From: Candidatus Hodarchaeota archaeon
Lineage (GTDB): Archaea > Asgardarchaeota > Lokiarchaeia > Sigyniarchaeales > SOKP01
Length of the DNA stretch: 64,000 bases
NCBI GenBank assembly: GCA_048886685.1
Contig: JBHLKM010000005.1
Location: 74,958 to 138,957, forward strand
Reading direction: 5' to 3'
Every line of letters begins with the position of its first letter. Within the stretch, counting starts at the first letter, position 1. The notes beneath the pieces were generated by a model that worked only from the letters and a program-made list of their open reading frames with translations, was not told the DNA's origin and searched no databases. Below, in pieces: positions 29,508 to 40,185 of the stretch. A program made the position numbers and the translations under genes.

Positions 29508-30710
29508 ATGGTGCTTGTATCTCCACTTAAACCTTTTATTCCTATTAATCCAGAAGAATTTTGTACTAATCCTTATGATATAATTAGTAAGGAAGAGGAA
29601 CAAAAATTAAAGAGGAATTCTAATTCATTGATACATCTTATATTACCTGATGGAGAAGGTAATGAAATTTATGAAAACGCTGCTAAAGCATACAATGATT
29701 TTAAAGAAAAAAAAATAATCGAACAAGAAAAAACTCCAAGTGTATTTGTATATCAACAAGAATCTGCTCATTTTAGTCATCAAGGATTAATTATTGGAGT
29801 TGCTCTTAAAGATTATGAAGAAGGAAATATTGTAAAACATGAGCATACTCGAGACAAACCACTTAAAGATAGAACAAATCATATAGTTACAACCGAAGTA
29901 GCAGCAGGGTTAGTTTGGACAGTTTTCAAAGCAAATTTCAAGATAAATCAGATGATTGAACAAATTAAAAATAAGAAACCTATGTTCAAATTCAAAAAAT
30001 ATGGCTATGAGCATATACTCTGGCAAGAAACTAATTCTACTTTTATTAACAAACTAAAAGATTTATTTCAAAAAGAAAAAATCTATATTGCTGATGGACA
30101 CCATAGAGCAGCAAGTGCTGCTGAATATCGTAAATTAAGATTAAAAGAATCTACTACAGATGAAAACTCTGACGACCCTTGGCAATATTTATTAACCTAT
30201 ATAGCTTCTGATGATCAAATTCGCATATTACCATATAATCGAGTTGTTAGAAAACTCCCAATTTCAGAAGCAGAATTTTTAAAGAATTTAGAAGAGATAT
30301 TTAATATGGAATTAATAGAAAATGCTTTTAATCCTGAAAAGAAAAATGAGATTGCCATGTGTTTAAATGGGAAATGGTATAAACTAACAATTAAAAGAAA
30401 AAAATTTAAGTCTAAGCGAGAATCTTTAGATGTTGCCATTCTTCAAGAAAAAGTATTAGAACCTATCCTAGGTATCAGTGATCCGCGTGCTGATGAAAAT
30501 ATCTCTTTCATAGGGGGCATAAGAGATCCTAAAGAAATGGAAAAATATGTATTGGAAAAAGGAAATGCTCTATTGTTTAATTTATATCCGGTAGATATTA
30601 AAGATCTAGAGACGATTGCCGATAAAGGAGGTGTAATGCCACCAAAATCTACTTGGTTTGACCCAAAAGTTCTCTCAGGATTAGTTCTACATGATTTAAA
30701 AGAATATTAA
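29508..30710 (+). CDS. DUF1015 family protein (serA/serC-associated)
   Basis: PYDII, KHEHT, YIADGHHR, MPPKSTWFDPK. Confidence 0.9.
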   Translation: MVLVSPLKPFIPINPEEFCTNPYDIISKEEEQKLKRNSNSLIHLILPDGEGNEIYENAAKAYNDFKEKKIIEQEKTPSVFVYQQESAHFSHQGLIIGVALKDYEEGNIVKHEHTRDKPLKDRTNHIVTTEVAAGLVWTVFKANFKINQMIEQIKNKKPMFKFKKYGYEHILWQETNSTFINKLKDLFQKEKIYIADGHHRAASAAEYRKLRLKESTTDENSDDPWQYLLTYIASDDQIRILPYNRVVRKLPISEAEFLKNLEEIFNMELIENAFNPEKKNEIAMCLNGKWYKLTIKRKKFKSKRESLDVAILQEKVLEPILGISDPRADENISFIGGIRDPKEMEKYVLEKGNALLFNLYPVDIKDLETIADKGGVMPPKSTWFDPKVLSGLVLHDLKEY

Positions 30711-30721
30711 AAAAATAAATA

Positions 30722-31663
30722 TTAAATTTCTTTTAGAAATTTTGACATTTTATCTGCAATCATAGTAGCAGCGGCAATTTGATTTTCTATACTTTGGCTC
30801 CCGATATGAGGTGTAAGTATTAAATTTTCTTCACATTTTATCAATTCTGGATCCTTAAGAGGTTCTTCACGATAAACATCAAGAGCAGCACCTGAGATAT
30901 TTTTGTTCTCTAATGCTTTTACTAAAGCCGTATCGTCAATCAAAGTTCCTCTGGCAGTATTAATAATTATTGCATCTTTTCTCATAAGCTTAATAAGGTT
31001 TCCATTGACTATATTCTCAGTTTGGGGTGTTGCAGGAAGATGCAATGATATTATTTGGGCATCTTTCACCAAATCCTCAATTGAATTATAAATTGAGCAT
31101 CCTATTTCTTTAGCTTCATCTATAGCTTTCTGACCTTTACTGAACCGGGAATAAACTCCAACGCTCATTCCCATAACAAGTGTGATTTTTGCTAAATGCT
31201 TTGCTATATTTCCAAATCCAATTAACCCGAGTTTTTTTCCATTTAATGTATAACCTAAATATTGACTTTTATTCCATTTTCCCTGATGAGTTGTACGATC
31301 AGCATGAGAAATTTTCCTTGCTAGGGATAACATTAAACCTAAAGCTAATTCTGCCACTGATACTGCTGGAGCTTCAGGAGTATTTAAAACTTCTATATTC
31401 ATTTCAGCTGCTTTTTCCCTATCTACATTATCTAATCCAACTCCTGCTCTACCAATGGCTTTTAAAATCTTGGCATTTTCTAATACATCAGCAGTTAACT
31501 TTGTTCTCGAACGAATTACAATTCCATCGTATTCTCCTATTTCCTTTTTAAGATCTTCATGAGTTATAGAAAATTTTTTTATAACCTCAAACCCATTATC
31601 TTCAAATATTTTGATACCTTCATCTTGAAGCTCATCGCTAATTAATACTTTCATGCATATCAC
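30722..31663 (-). CDS. serA: D-3-phosphoglycerate dehydrogenase (short type)
   Basis: RAGVGLDNVD, GFGNIA, INTARG, LDVY..EP, TPHIG. Confidence 0.85.
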   Translation of the reverse strand: MICMKVLISDELQDEGIKIFEDNGFEVIKKFSITHEDLKKEIGEYDGIVIRSRTKLTADVLENAKILKAIGRAGVGLDNVDREKAAEMNIEVLNTPEAPAVSVAELALGLMLSLARKISHADRTTHQGKWNKSQYLGYTLNGKKLGLIGFGNIAKHLAKITLVMGMSVGVYSRFSKGQKAIDEAKEIGCSIYNSIEDLVKDAQIISLHLPATPQTENIVNGNLIKLMRKDAIIINTARGTLIDDTALVKALENKNISGAALDVYREEPLKDPELIKCEENLILTPHIGSQSIENQIAAATMIADKMSKFLKEI

Positions 31664-31798
31664 TTGGATTTAATTTATGTAAATTGAATAATTTTTCTAA
31701 TCTATCGAGTTTTAAAGAGTTTATGATAATAAATTAATCTTTTCTTTATTTAAAGAGTTATTAAAAAAATATGATAATTTAATGAAAGCCTTAAAGAA

Positions 31799-32911
31799 TT
31801 ATTTTATCTCGTTTATTATTTCTGTAAGGACTTTTAACATTTTATCAAGGTTGGTAAGATATATTTCTCCCATATGGCCAATTCGGAACGTTTTATTTAC
31901 AAGATTTCCATATCCATTAACAATTCGATAACCTTTTTCCAAAAGCATTGAAATCATCTTTTGAATATCAAGGTTTAATGAATTGCTTATAGTTGAGACA
32001 GTATTCGATTCATATCCCTTCTCAGAAAACATTTTTAGATTCATTTCATGAACCCATTCACGTGTTCGTTTGCCAAGTTGTTCGTGTCTTTTAAATCTTT
32101 TCTCCAAACCTTCTTCATTTAATATATAATCTAATTGAGTAGCTAAACCTCTTATTTGTGGGATAGGTGGGGTCGTTGGAGTTTGATGCTTAGCATTCCT
32201 TTTTTTCAAATCAATAAAATCGAAATAAAATCCTCTATTTTTCACTTTTTCTGCTTTTTCGAAAGCTGCATCTGATACAGAACATACCGCAAGTCCAGGT
32301 GGTAAGGCAAAACACTTCTGAACTGAAGCTAAACAAACGTCGATTCCTAATTTATCAACTTCAACTTTAACACCTGCCATTGAAGAAGTAGCATCTACAC
32401 ACACCAATGCACCATAATCTTTTAAAATGGGTACCACTTTATCAATAGGGTTATATACTCCTGTAGAAGTTTCATTTGCTTGAATGAATACTACGGAATA
32501 ATTATCTCTATCCATTACTTCTTTAGCAAATTCACCAGTAATAGCATGCCCCCATTCAACACCTTCTTTTATGGCATTTTTACCATTTGATATACCAATA
32601 TCATGCCATCTATCACCAAAGGCTCCAATTGATAAAAATAACGCTTTCTCGTCATCGTTAATTAAATTCCTGACACAAGCTTCCATAACACCCGTAGCAC
32701 TTGATGTTGATATCAAACACTCCTTTTCAGTATATAATAATTTTTTAAGTCCTTCAGTGACAGTTTGATGCATTTCTGAATAAGGTTTTGATCTATGAGT
32801 ATCATTTGGTTTTGCTAATTCCTTTAGAACTCTTTCTGGAACATAAACAGGTCCAGGAGTAAATAATGTTAACTGAGAACCTTTCTTTTTATTAAAATGA
32901 ACATCAGTCAT
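31799..32911 (-). CDS. Class V PLP aminotransferase (serine-pyruvate / phosphoserine type)
   Basis: TPGP, NETSTG, VDATSS, SVQKCF, FRIGHMG. Confidence 0.88.
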   Translation of the reverse strand: MTDVHFNKKKGSQLTLFTPGPVYVPERVLKELAKPNDTHRSKPYSEMHQTVTEGLKKLLYTEKECLISTSSATGVMEACVRNLINDDEKALFLSIGAFGDRWHDIGISNGKNAIKEGVEWGHAITGEFAKEVMDRDNYSVVFIQANETSTGVYNPIDKVVPILKDYGALVCVDATSSMAGVKVEVDKLGIDVCLASVQKCFALPPGLAVCSVSDAAFEKAEKVKNRGFYFDFIDLKKRNAKHQTPTTPPIPQIRGLATQLDYILNEEGLEKRFKRHEQLGKRTREWVHEMNLKMFSEKGYESNTVSTISNSLNLDIQKMISMLLEKGYRIVNGYGNLVNKTFRIGHMGEIYLTNLDKMLKVLTEIINEIK

Positions 32912-33088
32912 ATTGAATCAGTTTTGTGTTTATTGAGATTTTTTTATTATGATACAGTAAATTAAGTAGTATGATTAGATATAATTTTTATTATTTTCCA
33001 TTTATAAATTTGAATAATGTGAAATATGATGATTTTAAATAAGAACCATGCTTGAAATTCAAGATCTTTATTTTGTTTCATGTTAGAA

Positions 33089-33754
33089 TTACATTTTTTC
33101 TAGAATAAGATTTCCTTCATGGTTAACAAATATAAAATAATCTGAGATTATATAAAAAAAGAGTCTAAAATTTCTTATATGTGTTAGTGATAAACCATAC
33201 TCACTTAAATATAAAGCAGCTCTCCCTAGAATATTGACAAAGAGTGTAATCGAAAGCGAAATAGTGTGAATTAAGAAAAAATTTTGTGGATTAATAATAG
33301 GAGAGAGAAATGCTAAGATTGAGATTATTATGGTTATTATACCTATTATAATATTAATGATACAATATCTTATTGAATAAATTTTAATGAGAGATCCTTT
33401 GATGATAGAAGCAAATCCCACTATTATTAAAGGGAAGGCGATTAAATTAATTATTACTTGAAGTGTAACATTAGGATGCCTTATAAAATAGCCTAACATT
33501 AGTAATGAAAATATTATTGAAAGAACTCCATGTAGAATTTTATTTAGATTTCTATTATTTCCCATATTTCTTCTATCATAACCTTTAATAATTTTTATAA
33601 TACCATGAAAAAATAAGGCTACAAGAGGATAAAATACCAATAACATCAATGATTCTAATCTAAAAAACAATAGAAAAGTAGCATAAGAAAATAACATAAG
33701 AATCGTGATATAATTATCCGCTCGAATTTTATCCTTATGTATTAATTTCATCAT
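33089..33754 (-). CDS. Hypothetical membrane protein (HdeD-like repeats)
   Basis: About 6 TM in two similar halves. Confidence 0.55.
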   Translation of the reverse strand: MMKLIHKDKIRADNYITILMLFSYATFLLFFRLESLMLLVFYPLVALFFHGIIKIIKGYDRRNMGNNRNLNKILHGVLSIIFSLLMLGYFIRHPNVTLQVIINLIAFPLIIVGFASIIKGSLIKIYSIRYCIINIIIGIITIIISILAFLSPIINPQNFFLIHTISLSITLFVNILGRAALYLSEYGLSLTHIRNFRLFFYIISDYFIFVNHEGNLILEKM

Positions 33755-33890
33755 AAAATTTCCACTTAAAAATTTAAAAGATTAATTATTACATTATTAA
33801 ATGATTTATTTCCTTTTTATTTATTATCATTTATATTCTAAGTCTTCAATATATTGAATAATTAAGGTTTAATAGCAACTTTCTCTTCAT

Positions 33891-34826
33891 TTAGAAGAAA
33901 AGTACAAAATAATTACCTAGAATTATTAAGCATACAGCAATAAAAAATCTTTTTCGAAATTTTTCTTTTAAAAATATAATTGAGAAGATCTGCTGAACCA
34001 TTGGTGTGTTAACAGTTAAGGCTGAAGTTAATATTAAGCCATTAATTTCTGCTGCCTTATAATACAATGTATCGGCAAATCCCAATGAGAGAATTCCTGC
34101 AATTCCGATAAAGACAAATGATTTTAAATGTTTTCGATTTTTTTTTTTAAAGCCTGAATAATAAACAGGATAAAATAAACCTAACGGGGAAAAAATTATA
34201 CAAGCCATAGTTACTCTCAAAAAATTAGTAACAAAAACATCATCAGAAAGAATTCTTGCTTGGTTAAATGAAAGAATTGCACCAGCCCATAAAAATGCGG
34301 CAGCAAGAGCCAATAAAACACCGATAATAACATCTTCAGATTTCTTATTGTCTAAAATTTCTTTAGATTCATATCGTTCGATTTTATCTTTAGAACTTAG
34401 GATAAATACGCTTAGTAGAAATAAAATTCCCCCAATAATGATTGAAATCCTTAATTCTTCACCAAATAAAAATACACTAAACGGAAAAATAAAAATCAGT
34501 GAAAGTTGAACTAAAGGATATGCTCGAGAAGCATCTATTTTCTTCAATGACATATAATATAATAAATCTCCAACTGTGACACTCAATCCAGAAACAAGAG
34601 AATTTATTAAATAAAAAACTAATTCTGTTTTATTAAAGCTATTAAAAAAAAGATAGTTTCCAAATATCAAGGAAAATATTAACGTACCAAAAGAAACGCA
34701 ACATAATCTGAAAAACAAGTTAGCTTTAGGTTCAGTTTTCTCTAATCCAGCCTTGTAAACAAGTGAGGCTAATGCCCATGTAAATACGGCGTAAAAAGTA
34801 AACAGTAAACCAATTAAGTCAACCAT
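33891..34826 (-). CDS. DMT/EamA transporter
   Basis: Two EamA repeats, LFGEEL and FLKEK ends. Confidence 0.88.
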   Translation of the reverse strand: MVDLIGLLFTFYAVFTWALASLVYKAGLEKTEPKANLFFRLCCVSFGTLIFSLIFGNYLFFNSFNKTELVFYLINSLVSGLSVTVGDLLYYMSLKKIDASRAYPLVQLSLIFIFPFSVFLFGEELRISIIIGGILFLLSVFILSSKDKIERYESKEILDNKKSEDVIIGVLLALAAAFLWAGAILSFNQARILSDDVFVTNFLRVTMACIIFSPLGLFYPVYYSGFKKKNRKHLKSFVFIGIAGILSLGFADTLYYKAAEINGLILTSALTVNTPMVQQIFSIIFLKEKFRKRFFIAVCLIILGNYFVLFF

Positions 34827-34857
34827 TTAAAAAATATTATTTAAAATTATTTTAAAA

Positions 34858-36045
34858 CTATTGTTTTTTACGCATTGATTTTATTCTTAAGAGGAATTCT
34901 TTAGATGGAGGTTGGTTGAATAAGAACATGTTAATTGCCATTTCATTAAGATCTTTATCTGCTTTGGCTAGTGAAAACATATTAGAAAGATTTTTACCTT
35001 TATCTTCATAGAAGAAATTTACCATCGAAGCAGTCAACTTAAAATTTCTTCTAATTTTCTTGATATTTGGATGGGACTTATATTTCTTTAGAGTTTGATC
35101 TGAAATATTATCACTTTCCAGAGCATGTACGGCAGTTTCTCCAGCAGCTTGACCAGATACTATACTTGCATGTATCCCTTCACCACTAATAGGTGATACA
35201 AATCCTGCAGCATCCCCTATCATCAAGATATTATCTTTGAAAAGACTTTTCTCTTTCACACCTAAAGCAGGTAATGGATAAGATCCACACCAAATTTCCT
35301 TAAAGTCTCTATTTGGAAAGAATTTTTTTAGATATTGATCATTTAGAAAATCCTTATATACTTGGTTGACATTATATATTCGATTTGCCTCCAACCAAGT
35401 TCCGCATCCAATATTAAAGCGCTTTTCATCTAAAGGAAAGATCCAGCCGTATCCTTTATATTTTCTAAAGAAAATCGAGATTGAAGACTTGTCTAAATAA
35501 TTTTTTCCTTCCAATATAGCACATTTACATAGTCCTATTTCATCAATTTTCCATTTTTCTCTCATTTTAGATTTGAGAGCTAGCTTAGAGCCCATGCCAT
35601 CAGCAATTACTATAATCCTACCTAAAAATTCTTTAGTTTCATTATCTTGTTTAGTTCTTATACCAGTTTTACGATTTTGTCTATATAAAAAATCAAAAGA
35701 CAAATTCTTATCAAATAATTCGGCTCCAGCATCAACAGCTATATTTCTTATAAGATTATCAAATTCTAATCTATCAACTGTAAAAGAGGATTCTCTTATA
35801 TCTTTCCATGAATATTCTAATTTATAATAATCTCCCGAATACATACTTATTCCAGTAATAGGGAGTAAATTTAAATTCCGTAATTGAGGGTAATATTTTA
35901 AGACTCTTGAGCTTACGGCTCCTCCGCAAGGCTTTCTCCACAGAGAATTTCTTTCAATTAATGCAACTTTGTATCCATTTTTAGCAATGATTTCAGCACA
36001 TTTAGAACCAGCAGGTCCTGCGCCTGAAATTAGAACATCGTACAT
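34858..36045 (-). CDS. Geranylgeranyl reductase family FAD oxidoreductase
   Basis: GAGPAG, KPCGG, ADG, YGWIFP, GDAAG..SPISGEGI. Confidence 0.9.
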   Translation of the reverse strand: MYDVLISGAGPAGSKCAEIIAKNGYKVALIERNSLWRKPCGGAVSSRVLKYYPQLRNLNLLPITGISMYSGDYYKLEYSWKDIRESSFTVDRLEFDNLIRNIAVDAGAELFDKNLSFDFLYRQNRKTGIRTKQDNETKEFLGRIIVIADGMGSKLALKSKMREKWKIDEIGLCKCAILEGKNYLDKSSISIFFRKYKGYGWIFPLDEKRFNIGCGTWLEANRIYNVNQVYKDFLNDQYLKKFFPNRDFKEIWCGSYPLPALGVKEKSLFKDNILMIGDAAGFVSPISGEGIHASIVSGQAAGETAVHALESDNISDQTLKKYKSHPNIKKIRRNFKLTASMVNFFYEDKGKNLSNMFSLAKADKDLNEMAINMFLFNQPPSKEFLLRIKSMRKKQ

Positions 36046-36139
36046 ATTGAGAAATCACAATTTCATGATTGATATTCCCTACTAATATTTATATTAAATT
36101 AGAGGAAATTTATTAAGTTATAAGTTATTTAATGAAATT

Positions 36140-36835
36140 ATGAGGAATGAAGAAAAATTAAATTCTGAGTTTTTTAAGAAGTATGGATTTGAAATTAATA
36201 GGACATCTTATTCTGAAGAAAAAGATAGCTCGAAAATTTTAAAAACTGGGACTACTACAGTTGGTTTGATTTGCAAAGATGCTATTATTTTAGGAACGGA
36301 TAAAAGAGCTTCGATGGCTTATTTTGTAGCCAGTAAAACTTCAGAAAAATTATATAAAATTCAAGATCACCTTTGGATGACCACAGCTGGTGGTGTTGCT
36401 GATGCTCAATATCTTGTAGATGTATTACGTGCAGAAACTACTATATATCAACTAGCACATGATGGTAAATCTATAATGATAAATTCTGCAGGAAAATTAT
36501 TATCAAATATATTATATGCTAATAAAATGTTTCCTTTTGAGGTTGGACTTATATTAGGTGGAGTTACCGAAGAAGAAGGACCAACACTTTTAAATATAGG
36601 GGCTTATGGTTCAATACTAACTGAAAAATTTTGTGCTGTGGGTAGTGGTCAAAATTTTTCTTATGGTGTTTTAGAGGCGAGGTATAAAGAAAATCTAACC
36701 ATAGAAGAGGGTAAGGAGATCATAAAAAAAGCAGTTAGCTCCAGCATCATTCGAGATATGGCATCCGGAAATGGAATAGACATCGCAGTTATCAAAAAAG
36801 AAGGTCCAGCTGAGCGTGAGTTTATACCCATATAA
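36140..36835 (+). CDS. psmB: Proteasome beta subunit
   Basis: Propeptide then KTG|TTTVG, DKRAS, AGGVADAQ, GSG, RDMASG. Confidence 0.95.
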   Translation: MRNEEKLNSEFFKKYGFEINRTSYSEEKDSSKILKTGTTTVGLICKDAIILGTDKRASMAYFVASKTSEKLYKIQDHLWMTTAGGVADAQYLVDVLRAETTIYQLAHDGKSIMINSAGKLLSNILYANKMFPFEVGLILGGVTEEEGPTLLNIGAYGSILTEKFCAVGSGQNFSYGVLEARYKENLTIEEGKEIIKKAVSSSIIRDMASGNGIDIAVIKKEGPAEREFIPI

Positions 36836-37092
36836 AATTGTTGTTTATATGATGCAACCTTATTAAGTAGCTCTCCTTATATTTAAATTTTATCTTCTAT
36901 ATTCTTTTTTAATAAAATTTAAAAGAGAAAATTAAGAATTAGTAATATAATATACAAAGTTATAATTATTACATACGTTTATAAAAGTTAATTACTTTAT
37001 CATAAGATAGTAAAACCTCGTGTAGGATTAAAGAATAAACGACTAAAACTAGTGTTAGCAGAAATGAAATTGAGGCTAGGGGTGACGTTAAA

Positions 37093-37824
37093 TTGAGCTA
37101 TAAAATTTTAGTAGATTTATCCCACAAAGAAAAGATAGAAGAATTTCCTGAATTTTCTCTGACTGAAGATGATTATGAAGTAGATTATATTGATAAAAAT
37201 GAAGGACCTATAGATTTCGATATGCTCGAAGATTTTGATGTACTTTTCATAGGAAATATTCAACATTCTCAAAATGGAAAGGATGATAAATTTACGCAAG
37301 ATGAATTAAAAGCTATTAAAAGATTCATTGGAGAGGGAGGAGGTCTTTTTTTAACAAGTGGTGATGGTGGAGATAGAGATATTCCTATGAAACAGGGATC
37401 TATTAGAGTTCTTTATAAGATAACTGGTGTTCGAAGGTTTTGGAATGGAATCATTCAAGAAGCTCCATCCAACTTTTTAGTGAAAAAAAGAAATTTATTA
37501 GTAACTGAATTATTTAACCATCCTATTACAGAAGGAATTACAGAATTAGTATTACCAAACTGTACATTCTTCACAATTTCTGAAGAAGATGTAGATGACA
37601 TAATTATAACATCTGAAAAAGCAGAATTTAAATATTACATTGATGATGATGTAGGAGCACTTGGTCCTGTACCTGTTTGTGCTGTTTCTGAATTTTATGA
37701 AGGTAGATGTGTAACAATAGGATCCTCCGATTGGCTTACGGAAGATGGTGATTTTGGGCTTGATGCTGGCGATAACTTAAAGTTCTTGACCAATATTATT
37801 GAATGGCTTTCTTTTGAGGTTTAG
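37093..37824 (+). CDS. GIFT/IFT52-N-like (class I glutamine-amidotransferase-like fold) protein
   Basis: ILVDLSHKE, FDVLFIG, FTQDELKAIKRFIGEGGGL, HPITEGI, GRCVTIG, DNLKFLTNIIEWL. Confidence 0.65.
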   Translation: MSYKILVDLSHKEKIEEFPEFSLTEDDYEVDYIDKNEGPIDFDMLEDFDVLFIGNIQHSQNGKDDKFTQDELKAIKRFIGEGGGLFLTSGDGGDRDIPMKQGSIRVLYKITGVRRFWNGIIQEAPSNFLVKKRNLLVTELFNHPITEGITELVLPNCTFFTISEEDVDDIIITSEKAEFKYYIDDDVGALGPVPVCAVSEFYEGRCVTIGSSDWLTEDGDFGLDAGDNLKFLTNIIEWLSFEV

Positions 37825-37849
37825 TTAATTAATCAAATCTTATTATATT

Positions 37850-38962
37850 ATGGTTTTTAGAGTCTTGAGACCCGATTCTGTTCAAGTTTGGCAAAATAAA
37901 GAGATACTTAAACGATTTTCAAGATATAAAGGCATAATTGATGGAACAAAATTATCAAGGTATTTGATTGCAAAAACAGTACAATGTAATTTTAACCTAA
38001 ATGATTCTATTGAAAGTTTGGAAGATTTATTAGAAGAAAAATCACTTTTATTTAATGAACTTCTTTACAATTCCACTGAAGATTTAGAAAACCGTGTGAT
38101 TCAGAAAGACAACTATATAACCTTAACGGAAACTATCGCAAATAAGTATTTAAAAAATTGTATTTTTTGCGAAAGACAGTGTGAAGCAAATCGAATAGAT
38201 GGAGAAAAGGGATTCTGTTTAATTTCAACAGATTCTTATGTTTCTTCTGCCTTTCTTCACATGGGAGAAGAAAGTGTATTAATCCCTAGTGGAACAATTT
38301 TTTTTCAGGGATGTAATTTTGGATGTGTATTTTGTCAAAATTATGATATTTCTCAGGCATGGAAAGGCAAAAAGGATATTGAAGATGTGTCTCGAAAAGT
38401 TAATACTTACGAATTAGCGACTATTGCTGAAAAATTAGTTGATAGAGGAGCAATAAATATTAATTATGTAGGAGGAGATCCAATTCCAAATATTCATACA
38501 ATCGTTGGAAGTCTTAACTATCAACAATCTAATATTTGTCAGTTATGGAATTCTAACTTTTTTTTAACTGAAAAATCTCTCTCTCTAATAATAGATCTTA
38601 TGGATTTTTGGTTGCCTGATTTTAAATATGGTAATAATAATTGTGCGAAAAAATATTCCGGTATAGATAATTACTATGATATTTTAACAAGGAACCTTAA
38701 AAGAATCCATGATAAAGGTAGTGGAGAAATTTGTATAAGACACTTGGTAATGCCTGATCATGTTGAATGTTGTTCAAAGCCAATATTGAACTACGTAGCT
38801 CAAGAACTTCCTCAAGCTGTCGTGAATATAATGGCTCAATATCGTCCTCAGTACAAAGCTTATCAATACTCTGAAATAAATAGAAGGCCTACCTCCCAAG
38901 AAATATTAGAAGTAAAAAGACATGCTGATTCATTAGGAATTCTATACAAACCAGTATCATAA
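37850..38962 (+). CDS. pflX: Radical SAM protein, PflX family
   Basis: CIFCERQC, GCNFGCVFCQN, PDFKYG, RHLVMP. Confidence 0.88.
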   Translation: MVFRVLRPDSVQVWQNKEILKRFSRYKGIIDGTKLSRYLIAKTVQCNFNLNDSIESLEDLLEEKSLLFNELLYNSTEDLENRVIQKDNYITLTETIANKYLKNCIFCERQCEANRIDGEKGFCLISTDSYVSSAFLHMGEESVLIPSGTIFFQGCNFGCVFCQNYDISQAWKGKKDIEDVSRKVNTYELATIAEKLVDRGAININYVGGDPIPNIHTIVGSLNYQQSNICQLWNSNFFLTEKSLSLIIDLMDFWLPDFKYGNNNCAKKYSGIDNYYDILTRNLKRIHDKGSGEICIRHLVMPDHVECCSKPILNYVAQELPQAVVNIMAQYRPQYKAYQYSEINRRPTSQEILEVKRHADSLGILYKPVS

Positions 38963-39054
38963 TATCGGATTTAAAATTAGAAAAATCTAAAAGTAATCGA
39001 ATATTTAAAAGTCTAACTGTTTATTCTTAATCTTATTGATTTTAATATTATGGG

Positions 39055-40170
39055 TTGATTATGAGTTTTAATTTAAGTGACATAAAAGGTTTAGGCAAGA
39101 AAGAAGATACATTAAAAGAAGCGGGAATAGATTCTGTTGAAAAACTTGCTAATGCAAGTATCAACGATTTAACTACACTTAAGGGTATTGGGAAGACAAC
39201 TGCTGAAAAGTTAGTTGAAAATGCTAAAAATCTACTAAATAAATCTATTAAAGATGATTCAGCGAAACCAATTAAGGAAGATACTATAGAAAAAAAAGAG
39301 GAAGAAAAAGCACTAGAGGAAATAAAAAAATTGGAAGAAAAGAAAACTGAATTACAAGGTAAAAAAGTCGAAGAAGGAGATTTTGTTTTAGTCAAAATAA
39401 CCGGACGCACTCAAAAAGGCACTATTTTTAGGGTTTCTTCTGAAGAAGATGCGAAAAAGGCGGGAATTTATGATGAAAATAAAGCTAAACAAGGAATGTA
39501 TACTCCCGAATTTGTTATTGTGGGTAAATCTGGGTTTTTAAACGAAGGATTAACTGAAACTATTAAAGAGATGAATTTTTTTGAGAAAAAGTCTGTTAGA
39601 ATTCCTCCTACTAAAGCATATGGAAAAAGAGATCCTCAAAAAATCGAAAGAATAGGCATAGCAAAATTTAGAAGGTTAAATGAAGGCAAAAATCCTGAAA
39701 TCGGGCAAGAATTTGTTAAACAATCTCAAGGTCAGGTGCAAAGAGGCACTGTAACAAATGTTGTGCAAGGAAGAGTTATTGTTGATTATAATCATCCCTT
39801 AGCAGGACAAAGTGTAGATTACAATTTAGAAATTATTGATAAAATCGAAGACTTCAATGAAAAAGTAGAATATTTTATGATTAACAAGGGAATTCCAACT
39901 GAGAGCATTTCTGATTTTCAAGTTAATTATATTCCTAAGAATAAAACTCTTGAAATTACTATTCCGAAGATGTTTTTATTTCAAAATCTCACATATGTTA
40001 AATTCGGACTAGCCATGGATCTACAAACCCATATGGCTGATGAAATTGACGATGTTAAATTTATTGAAGTTTATGAAAAGATACCACTGCCGACAACACC
40101 ATCGGAATCGGTGATGCAAAAAGTTGAGGAATTTAATAAAGAACAAGAAGATAAAGAAGATCAAAATTAA
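39055..40170 (+). CDS. Long-type FKBP/SlyD peptidyl-prolyl isomerase with N-terminal HhH domain
   Basis: IKGLG...LKGIGKTTAEKL; IPPTKAYGKRD, VDYNHPLAG. Confidence 0.88.
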   Translation: MIMSFNLSDIKGLGKKEDTLKEAGIDSVEKLANASINDLTTLKGIGKTTAEKLVENAKNLLNKSIKDDSAKPIKEDTIEKKEEEKALEEIKKLEEKKTELQGKKVEEGDFVLVKITGRTQKGTIFRVSSEEDAKKAGIYDENKAKQGMYTPEFVIVGKSGFLNEGLTETIKEMNFFEKKSVRIPPTKAYGKRDPQKIERIGIAKFRRLNEGKNPEIGQEFVKQSQGQVQRGTVTNVVQGRVIVDYNHPLAGQSVDYNLEIIDKIEDFNEKVEYFMINKGIPTESISDFQVNYIPKNKTLEITIPKMFLFQNLTYVKFGLAMDLQTHMADEIDDVKFIEVYEKIPLPTTPSESVMQKVEEFNKEQEDKEDQN

Positions 40171-40185
40171 ATTTTTTAAAGATGT

